Below are positions 1 through 6,658 of a stretch of 11,349 nt of DNA, piece after piece. Position 1 is the stretch's first letter, and each line of letters starts with the position of its first letter. Origin of the DNA: Candidatus Cloacimonadota bacterium (GTDB taxonomy: Bacteria > Cloacimonadota > Cloacimonadia > Cloacimonadales > WRIO01); assembly GCA_029564175.1 (NCBI GenBank), contig JAKQQL010000114.1, forward strand, positions 1 through 11,349. The letters run 5' to 3'. The notes beneath the pieces were generated by a model that saw nothing but the letters and a program-made list of their open reading frames with translations, ran no database searches and was not told the DNA's origin. The translations under genes and the position numbers were made by a program.

Positions 1-76
1 TTGGATCTGGATCAACCTTTTTTTTTATCTTTTTACACCAACTTTTGAGATGTTATCCATTTAAAAAGGTTGATAA

Positions 77-105
77 ATAATAATTTTATAAAGAATTTTA
101 GTCAA
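77..105 (-). promoter_or_regulatory. sigma70-type promoter for a transcript running off the left end of the window
   Basis: Minus strand reads TTGACT (105-100), a 17-nt spacer, then TATTAT (82-77). Confidence 0.55.
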
Positions 106-147
106 GTATTTTTTAAATTATTTAAATAAACTAAAGCCATCTATTAT

Positions 148-1377
148 TCATATCTTTATCATTTCCACATCGTCTGTATAATTTTCATAAACCACTTCTT
201 CCAGATTAGTCAGTTTTTCCAGGATTTCTTCCAGCTTTTGTACTGATTCATTGATTTTTTTTTGGTGTTTAAGAGTCTTTTCATCAGTGCATTTGCTTTC
301 AAGATCTATAAATAGCATTTCCATATTCGCTTGCAGTACCATCATTGGTTGTCTCATTTCATGGCTTACTGCAATAGCCGTTGCCATAATAGCTTTTTTT
401 TCTGTATCTCTTTTTTCTAGCAAGGCCTGTAATTCTGCTAGTTTTTGCGCTTTTTCCTGATTGAACATCTCCAGGTAAAATTGATGATATAACTTAAAAT
501 AATAATTGGCTTTCTTATACTGAGCATCTTTTTGATAAAATATGGATTTCATTTCATAAATGGTGATTAAAGCCCGCTTATTCTGATATTTCTTCGCATA
601 GCTCTGAGCTTTATTCAACATTCTGAAACAGGATTTCCTGTTTTTATTAACAAATAATAGCTGACTGTAAATCATGAGATTATTAGTTAATGCCTGAAAA
701 TTATTTAATTCTTTATGATACTGTGCTGATTTTTTTACTGCATCAAGTGCCTCTGTATATTTCTTTTGCTGAACATACAGTCCCGCTAAATTGTTATATG
801 CTCTGGCCATAGTCTGAATATTGTTTGTTTTTTGAGACAGCTCAAGATCAAGCAGATAATAATTTCTGGCTTTTCTATAATTTTTCATATACTTATGAAC
901 AATTCCCAAATTATTATAAGCATTGGATAGACCAGAAATATACTGATGCTTTTTAAAAATGACAATACTCTTCTTATAGTTATCAATTGCTTGTTGATAC
1001 TGGGTAAGTCCTGTAAATACCAAACCAAGATTGTTGTATAAACTAGCAATTTCTACTTCAGCATTTACCTGATCATAATATTGTAAAGCAGTCTCATACA
1101 ATTCAATTGCTTTATCGTAATTCATCAGAGAGTATTCTCTCATTCCTTTTAAATGATTTGTCTTGCCAATACCAAAAAGATAATCATTATCCTGTGAATA
1201 AGAAAATGCCAGATTCAAATACTCCAGATACTTCTCGCCTGGTTGAAAGAGATGAAGGCTTGCTAGCTCAAATAACTTTTTAACTCTCTTTTCCTGATAT
1301 TCAGCTTTTTCTGGTTCTTTCTCTATCTGTCCAGTGATTTCATTTAATTCATCAATTAACTGCTTTTCTTTGTCCAT
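148..1377 (-). CDS. tetratricopeptide-repeat protein with C-terminal HisKA-like (DHp) segment and no HATPase domain
   Basis: 409-aa ORF with repeated TPR signatures (IASLYNNLGLVF, LSNAYNNLGIVH, MARAYNNLAGLY), a coiled-coil-like linker and an H-box (AIAVSHEMRQPM). It ends about 70 aa later with no N/G1/F/G2 boxes. RBS GAGGAG at 1383-1388. Confidence 0.85.
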   Translation of the reverse strand: MDKEKQLIDELNEITGQIEKEPEKAEYQEKRVKKLFELASLHLFQPGEKYLEYLNLAFSYSQDNDYLFGIGKTNHLKGMREYSLMNYDKAIELYETALQYYDQVNAEVEIASLYNNLGLVFTGLTQYQQAIDNYKKSIVIFKKHQYISGLSNAYNNLGIVHKYMKNYRKARNYYLLDLELSQKTNNIQTMARAYNNLAGLYVQQKKYTEALDAVKKSAQYHKELNNFQALTNNLMIYSQLLFVNKNRKSCFRMLNKAQSYAKKYQNKRALITIYEMKSIFYQKDAQYKKANYYFKLYHQFYLEMFNQEKAQKLAELQALLEKRDTEKKAIMATAIAVSHEMRQPMMVLQANMEMLFIDLESKCTDEKTLKHQKKINESVQKLEEILEKLTNLEEVVYENYTDDVEMIKI

Positions 1378-1393
1378 AATCGCTCCTCAATTA

Positions 1394-1422
1394 AGTATAG
1401 TGAAAATTATCATGCCTGTCAA
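1394..1422 (-). promoter_or_regulatory. sigma70-type promoter of the TPR gene
   Basis: Minus strand TTGACA (1422-1417), 17-nt spacer, TATACT (1399-1394). Near-consensus and immediately upstream of the RBS, implying a very short leader. Confidence 0.75.
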
Positions 1423-1567
1423 GAGGATTATGGAAAATCATTTTATCTGAAAATACGAGACTGTTTTAAAAAGGCTGTAAGCAGGATGTTTTTATTTCGA
1501 ATCCCTTAAGCCGTTGAATACTCGCTTGGATGCGAAAAACCGCTTGCTTGAGCAGATGCTTAATTTC

Positions 1568-1984
1568 TTATTGAGATACCCCCTTAATTGCTCTTTTAAT
1601 TCCACTGTATTTTCTCATTGCCAGTTTAACACTCATTTCATATCGTAAATTAGCTTCTGCCATTTCAGACATCTCTTTCTCTATTTCAACATTGTTGAGA
1701 CCTGTATCGTTTAAAGGATTATTTCTATTTACAACTTCTATTAAATTATCTTCTTTTGTTTTGGGATGTTGAATGTGATCCTCATGAGTGGTTTTTTTAG
1801 TAACAGATCTTTCCACTCCAATTCTTTTTTGAAGTTCATTTTCAAATTCTACTTTTTGAGCTTCAAAGCCAGGCGTCATAGAATTTGCTATATTATTAGA
1901 AAGTACTTTTTGGCGGGTTGAATAAGCATCTAAACTTTTTTCAATTGTTAAAAGCGTTTTTTTGAACAATAACTGATTCAACAT
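1568..1984 (-). CDS. flgB: flagellar basal-body rod protein FlgB
   Basis: 138 aa. N-terminal LDAYSTRQKVLSNNIANSMTPGF (rod-protein NIAN..TPG motif) and C-terminal NNVEIEKEMSEMAEANLRY typical of FlgB. RBS AAGGAGG at 1990-1996. Confidence 0.93.
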   Translation of the reverse strand: MLNQLLFKKTLLTIEKSLDAYSTRQKVLSNNIANSMTPGFEAQKVEFENELQKRIGVERSVTKKTTHEDHIQHPKTKEDNLIEVVNRNNPLNDTGLNNVEIEKEMSEMAEANLRYEMSVKLAMRKYSGIKRAIKGVSQ

Positions 1985-2007
1985 AGCAACCTCCTTCCAT
2001 GAGAGAA

Positions 2008-2024
2008 TGCATATATGATGCCAA
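2008..2024 (-). promoter_or_regulatory. sigma54 (RpoN) -24/-12 promoter of flgB
   Basis: Minus strand TTGGCATCATATATGCA: GG-N10-GC with TGGCA and TGCA context. The predicted start falls just 5' of the flgB RBS. flgB is sigma54-dependent in many bacteria. Confidence 0.75.
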
Positions 2025-2260
2025 TGAAGTATAGCTTTTTAAGCTGTTTTCATATCAGTAGTATAACTTCATGAGAATGTTTTTCCAAAATTATGAATTT
2101 AATTCTTTTTTTTAATACTTCTTAATTTCATTTCAAAATTCACCAGAAATTTACACAAATTTTATCTGCAGAAAATCATTCTGATTTATCATAAAATGAA
2201 AACAAAGTGTGAAAAAGAAGAACAGGGAAAAGATTCCCTGAAGAAAGACAGGAGATTTTA

Positions 2261-4678
2261 ATGGCATTAGCAGATTTGCATGTGCATTCAATTCACTCTG
2301 AGCATCCGTCGGAGTGGTTTTTACAGAAAATAGGAGCAGCTGAGTCATACACTGATCCGAATTTTATTTTTAATACGGCCAAAAATAATGGGATGAATTT
2401 TGTAACCATTACCGATCATAACAGGATATCAGGCGCAATACTGCTTCAGTTACAGTATCCGGATACTGCTTTTACAAGTGTAGAAACCACTGCTTATTTT
2501 CCTGAAGATGGCTGTAAAGTACATCTGCTGATATATGGTCTGACTGAAAGGCAGTTTAATGAAGTACAAAAACTCAGAAAAGATATATATCAGCTCAGAG
2601 CTTATCTGCTACAAGAAAAGCTGGCTTGCTCAGTTGCTCATGCCACTTATTCTGTAAATGGAAGAATCACTTTATCTCATCTGGAACGCCTTATTTTGTT
2701 GTTTGATGTGTTTGAAAGTATCAATGGTGGACGTAATCAGTTAAATAATGATTCATGGACAGAAAGCCTACATAGTTTAAATGACCAGATTATAACGGAT
2801 TTATACAATGATTACAATATTGAGCCTATGAGTGATGATCCCTGGATTAAGGGTTTTACGGGCGGTTCTGACGATCATGCAGGATTTTTTATTGCCAGGA
2901 CTTATACTTATGCTGAAGCAAATACAGTCCAGGAATACCTCAAGGCAATCAGAGACAAAAAAACAATTGCTGGCGGTCGGCACAATGATTATAAATCACT
3001 TGCCTTTACCATCTATAAAATAGCTTACGATTTCTCAAAAAGCAAAAGCAAAGGCTTTAACAATCCCATAATCAAACAAATCACAGAAAATCTGTTTGAA
3101 AAGAAACATAGCACTATCGTAGATAAACTTTCATTTCAAAAGTTATTCTTCAGAAAAAAACAAAAAGAAGAGCCTTTAAAAGCAAAAGTCATTGAACTGT
3201 TAGAAAAGCTTAAAACATTTGAGAATGACCAGTTAGATGAAAAATTTGATTATGTCTATTCTCAAATCGCTGATTTGACGGATGAGTTGTTTATACAGTT
3301 TGCAAATAAATTGCTTACAGATTTAAAGACAGGGAATTTATTCAATTTAATATCAGGGATTTCTGTTTCTTTGCCTGGAATTTTTATCACAGCCCCTTTC
3401 TTCACAACATTAAAGCATATGTTTGCTGGTAGAGAGCTGATTAACCAGTTAAAAGCAAAGTATTTGAATGAAAAGAAATCAGAGAAGAAAATTTTATGGT
3501 TCTCTGATACCGTCAATGATTTAAACGGCGTCTCATTTATCGTAAAAAGAATAACCAATATCGCTCAAAATTTAAATAAAGACATCATTCTTACTGCTGC
3601 ACTTTCTGAAGAAGATCTTAAAAACAAGGATTTACCTTCCGGATTAATTAACTTGCCCTATATCTATGAATTTAGTCTTCCACAATATGAATCCTATCTG
3701 ATGAGAGTGCCTTCTATTTTAAAAACCATTGAAATAATCGCCAGACAAAATCCAGAAGAAATTTACATTTCTACACCTGGTCCGGTTGGATTAATTGGAC
3801 TATTGATTGGAAAACTACTCAGCATTAAAATCACAGGGATTTATCATACTGATTTTAAACTTCAATACAATGCTATTGACGAGGACGGTGGAACAGCTGA
3901 GTTAATTGAAGCGTTTACCCGCTGGTTTTATATGTCATTAGACACAATCAAAGTACCCACCAATGAATATATGACACTTTTAGCTGATCGTGGATTTGCT
4001 CCTGAAAAAATGAGTCTTTTCCGAAGAGGAATTGAAGAAGAACTCTTTTATCCGGTTGAACACGCAAAAGAACGACTGATACAGGATCACAAGATACCTG
4101 CAGGCTTTAATCTGATTTATGCAGGTAGAATATCTCGAGATAAAAACCTTGAATTCATGGTTAATGTCTATTCTCTTCTCTTGCAAAAGCATGAAGACCT
4201 TAACTTGATTATTGCTGGAGATGGACCATTTCTTGATGAACTAAAAAAAAGTATGAAAACATATAACCGAGTATTCTTTTTAGGTAAAGTGGACAGAAAT
4301 GAGCTTGCTTTATGGTATTCAGGATCAGATTTGTTCTTTTTTCCAAGTAATACAGACACCTTTGGTATGGTCGTTTTAGAAGCTCAGGCATGCGGTTTGC
4401 CTGCAATCGTTTCTGATATGGGCGGTCCAAAAGAAATTGTAATAGATAAAGAAACAGGATATGTTGTCAAAGCGGATCAATTGGCAGAATGGGTCGAAAA
4501 AACTTCTGAAATTATTAGTCTCTTTAAAAACAACTATCAGGCATATAAAGAAATTAGGAATAAAGCCAGCCAAAACGTTAAAGATACATGCAACTGGAAC
4601 TTAGTGATTGATGAAATTATGAATGATCAAAATAATCAGGACATCGTCAAAAATATAAGAAAAATCCCAAAATGGTAG
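2261..4678 (+). CDS. PHP-domain metallo-phosphoesterase / GT4 (GT-B fold) glycosyltransferase fusion
   Basis: 805 aa. N-terminal PHP motifs DLHVHS, TITDHN, SVET, VAHA, FESING, GGSDDH. C-terminal GT4 motifs FSDT...NGVS, STPGPVG, IYHTDF, YAGRISRDKN, PSNTDTFGMVVLEAQACGLP. RBS AGGAG at about 2250-2254. Confidence 0.9.
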   Translation: MALADLHVHSIHSEHPSEWFLQKIGAAESYTDPNFIFNTAKNNGMNFVTITDHNRISGAILLQLQYPDTAFTSVETTAYFPEDGCKVHLLIYGLTERQFNEVQKLRKDIYQLRAYLLQEKLACSVAHATYSVNGRITLSHLERLILLFDVFESINGGRNQLNNDSWTESLHSLNDQIITDLYNDYNIEPMSDDPWIKGFTGGSDDHAGFFIARTYTYAEANTVQEYLKAIRDKKTIAGGRHNDYKSLAFTIYKIAYDFSKSKSKGFNNPIIKQITENLFEKKHSTIVDKLSFQKLFFRKKQKEEPLKAKVIELLEKLKTFENDQLDEKFDYVYSQIADLTDELFIQFANKLLTDLKTGNLFNLISGISVSLPGIFITAPFFTTLKHMFAGRELINQLKAKYLNEKKSEKKILWFSDTVNDLNGVSFIVKRITNIAQNLNKDIILTAALSEEDLKNKDLPSGLINLPYIYEFSLPQYESYLMRVPSILKTIEIIARQNPEEIYISTPGPVGLIGLLIGKLLSIKITGIYHTDFKLQYNAIDEDGGTAELIEAFTRWFYMSLDTIKVPTNEYMTLLADRGFAPEKMSLFRRGIEEELFYPVEHAKERLIQDHKIPAGFNLIYAGRISRDKNLEFMVNVYSLLLQKHEDLNLIIAGDGPFLDELKKSMKTYNRVFFLGKVDRNELALWYSGSDLFFFPSNTDTFGMVVLEAQACGLPAIVSDMGGPKEIVIDKETGYVVKADQLAEWVEKTSEIISLFKNNYQAYKEIRNKASQNVKDTCNWNLVIDEIMNDQNNQDIVKNIRKIPKW

Positions 4679-4711
4679 AAAAAAAACTCATCCCTGTAAC
4701 GAGAGGTGAGT
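4679..4711 (-). terminator. possible intrinsic terminator for the 104-aa gene
   Basis: Minus strand ACTCACCT...AGGGATGAGT imperfect stem followed by a run of T (A-run at 4679-4686 on +). Confidence 0.4.
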
Positions 4712-4728
4712 CTCATAGCAAATCTCTG

Positions 4729-4755
4729 AAGCCCTGAATGAAAATTCAGGGTTTT
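4729..4755 (+). terminator. intrinsic terminator downstream of the PHP-GT4 gene
   Basis: Perfect stem CCCTGAAT (4732-4739) / ATTCAGGG (4744-4751), GAAA tetraloop, followed by TTTT. Confidence 0.65.
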
Positions 4756-4860
4756 GAGCATATATCTGAGATATTTTCATCAAACAGTCAATTTCACCAG
4801 ATTGTTTTTCATGTAAGCAGAATATTGCCAAACAAGATATGGGAGGTGCCAGGCTATGAC

Positions 4861-5175
4861 TTAATATTTGGAATAAGCGCTTAAAACATCTTTACTAAAC
4901 TGGTAAGATTCACTTGAAGCAGAAGATCCAAAAGGATTTGAGTTTAATCGTTCTAAAGTTGAGTTAACCACTCTTGCACTGAATTCTGCTTTACTCATAT
5001 TACCGTTTGAAGTATAAGTATCGTATTCGCTATTCCCTTCAGACAAGGAAACTGAGTCTGAACCAAAAGAAGCATTACTTGATTGAGCCATACTCTGGGT
5101 TTGCATCTGAGCTTGCGACTGCATTTGAGACATTTGCGTATCCAGAGCTGATACACCGCTTATGGTAAGTGCCAT
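4861..5175 (-). CDS. hypothetical Ser/Gln-rich small protein
   Basis: 104-aa ORF with strong RBS (AAAGGAGGT at 5181-5189) and an upstream sigma70-like promoter. 26 of 104 residues are Ser. No hydrophobic signal peptide or TM segment. Confidence 0.8.
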   Translation of the reverse strand: MALTISGVSALDTQMSQMQSQAQMQTQSMAQSSNASFGSDSVSLSEGNSEYDTYTSNGNMSKAEFSARVVNSTLERLNSNPFGSSASSESYQFSKDVLSAYSKY

Positions 5176-5213
5176 TTATGACCTCCTTTCCTGGTCGATG
5201 CAAGGCTAAGTAT

Positions 5214-5241
5214 ATAATACACAATTTTTAGGATTTGTCAA
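5214..5241 (-). promoter_or_regulatory. sigma70-type promoter of the 104-aa gene
   Basis: Minus strand TTGACA (5241-5236), 16-nt spacer, TATTAT (5219-5214). Confidence 0.6.
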
Positions 5242-5270
5242 ACAGGTTTTTAAACTTTTTTTTAACGAAT

Positions 5271-5545
5271 GTTGGTTGTAGGGCAAGCAACCTGCTTGCC
5301 AAGGTTTCACAAGCTGGTAGCTTGCGTTACAAGTTGGTTGTAGGTCAAGCAATCTGTTTGCCAAGGTTTCACAAGCTGGTAGCTTGCGTTACAAGTTGGT
5401 TGTAGGTCAAGCAACCTGCTTGCCAAGGTTTCACAAGCTGGTAGCTTGCGTTACAAGTTGGTTGTAGGCAAGCAATCTGTTTGCCAAGGTTTCACAAGCT
5501 GGTAGCTTGCGTTACAGGTTGAGTTGTAGGTCAAGCAATCTGTTT
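5271..5545. repeat. tandem array of ~62-bp REP-doublet (REPIN/BIME-like) units, 4 full copies plus 1 partial
   Basis: Units at 5271-5332, 5333-5394, 5395-5456, 5457-5517 (61 bp) and a partial at 5518-5545. Each is TGTAG + palindrome GGCAAGCA-acc-TGCTTGCC + AAGGTTT + CA + palindrome CAAGCT-ggt-AGCTTG + CGTTACA. No unique spacers. Confidence 0.9.
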
Positions 5546-5560
5546 ATTCTGAAACCAGAA

Positions 5561-5596
5561 TAAAATGAAAGGCGTATGGCTGATATCCATACGCCT
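5561..5596 (-). terminator. intrinsic terminator of the solute-binding protein gene
   Basis: Perfect 10-bp stem AGGCGTATGG (5570-5579) / CCATACGCCT (5587-5596) with a 7-nt loop. On the minus strand it is followed by TTCATTTTA, about 20 nt after the stop codon. A second AT-rich hairpin lies at 5543-5564. Confidence 0.75.
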
Positions 5597-5617
5597 GAAA
5601 TATCGGACAAGTGGAGT

Positions 5618-6412
5618 CTATTCTGTTAAGTATTTTGCCATGATCTTATTCAATTCTTTTTCGCGAATCTCTTTGAGATTATTCCAAATCTTCTCTGCAA
5701 GTTCTGGATGATTTTTTACAAACTGATGAGAAAAGATAAAGTAGTAAGGCTTTGTAACGATAGGGTTCTGGACTTTTTCGATTTTGCCTTTAAACTCAGG
5801 AGATGTTTCAATCAGGTTATCTCCTGAATATTCAAGTGCTGCAACTAACTGAACACGACCTGCCTGCAATTTTTTAAAACTGGTTACTGTGGAAGGAGAC
5901 TCTTCAACGGTAAGTCCTTTTTTCTTCAGATCATCCACGATTGAATAGCCTCTGGGTGCATCAATTGAACCTTTGAAATTCTTCAATTCTTTACCATCCC
6001 AATCAATTTTTGTCCCTTTTAGTTTATAGAAATTATAGGTTGTAGAAGAATAGCGGCGACTTTCATCAATTTTGCCGTCTTTTTTAGGGTAAACTCCGAA
6101 TTCTTCTCTTGCAGGATTATAAGAGGCAGTGAAAAGACCGTCAACACTTCCGTTTTTAAGCTCAACTTCCAGTGCTCTTTTCCAGGGCACGCGCTTGATA
6201 TTGATTTTGAGATTTAATCTTTTTTCCAATAAACGAATGACATCAACTGCCGTGCCTGGATTTTTGGAACGTATTTGATCGCCACTGTCAATTACATTAG
6301 GAAAATCCTGCTGGTCTTCACATACAAAGGTGATTTCTTTTACCTGTGCCTTCAAAATGCTGAAACAAGTAATCAATAGCATGAGTAACATGGTTAGAAT
6401 GGACTTTTTCAT
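5618..6412 (-). CDS. periplasmic solute-binding protein, family 3 (amino-acid/polar ligand type)
   Basis: Start re-assigned to ATG at 6412 (MKKSILTMLL..., 264 aa) because AAGGAGGG lies at 6420-6427 and a signal peptide follows. Motifs GTAVDV, PWKRAL, GSVDGLF, PRGYS, KLQAGRV, YYFIFS fit SBP family 3. Confidence 0.85.
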   Translation of the reverse strand: MKKSILTMLLMLLITCFSILKAQVKEITFVCEDQQDFPNVIDSGDQIRSKNPGTAVDVIRLLEKRLNLKINIKRVPWKRALEVELKNGSVDGLFTASYNPAREEFGVYPKKDGKIDESRRYSSTTYNFYKLKGTKIDWDGKELKNFKGSIDAPRGYSIVDDLKKKGLTVEESPSTVTSFKKLQAGRVQLVAALEYSGDNLIETSPEFKGKIEKVQNPIVTKPYYFIFSHQFVKNHPELAEKIWNNLKEIREKELNKIMAKYLTE

Positions 6413-6658
6413 TATACTGCCCTCCTTGAAGAAAAGATAAGCTAAAATGAAGATTTGCAAAAAAAATTTGTTAATAAATGAGTTGATATTATGTTATTTA
6501 TAGTAGAACATAATGTGAGTTGCATGGATTGAAGTACGTGTTTATGTAGAACGACCATCCTGATTTTTTCAAAAACGTTCTTTAATGCCGCAGGGATCAT
6601 TTTTAGCAAGCTGTTAGCTTGAACTACATAAAAGAAAATAAGATTTATAGAGGGAAAT

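Noticed and set aside
4816..4831. Second sigma54 promoter (minus strand TTGGCAATATTCTGCT)
   Set aside because: GG-GC spacing is 9 nt instead of the required 10, and no gene lies downstream.
4841..4864. GGGAGGT plus ATG-ACT-TAA mini-ORF on +, or an anti-SD (CACCTCCC) in the 3' UTR of the 104-aa gene as in type I toxin mRNAs
   Set aside because: Only about 6 bp of complementarity, a two-codon ORF, and the protein is not a hydrophobic toxin-like peptide; consistent with chance.
4861..5175. Calling the 104-aa ORF flgM
   Set aside because: Only the short DSVSLS motif and the size fit. The conserved C-terminal FlgM motif and a sigma28 promoter are not visible.
5271..5545. CRISPR array
   Set aside because: The period is CRISPR-like, but units are near-identical along their whole length with no unique spacers, and no cas gene is present in the window.
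6413..6460. Longer N-terminus (MQIFILAY...) of the solute-binding protein from the ORF track
   Set aside because: It relies on a TTG start without an RBS. The ATG at 6412 has AAGGAGGG and gives a clean signal peptide.
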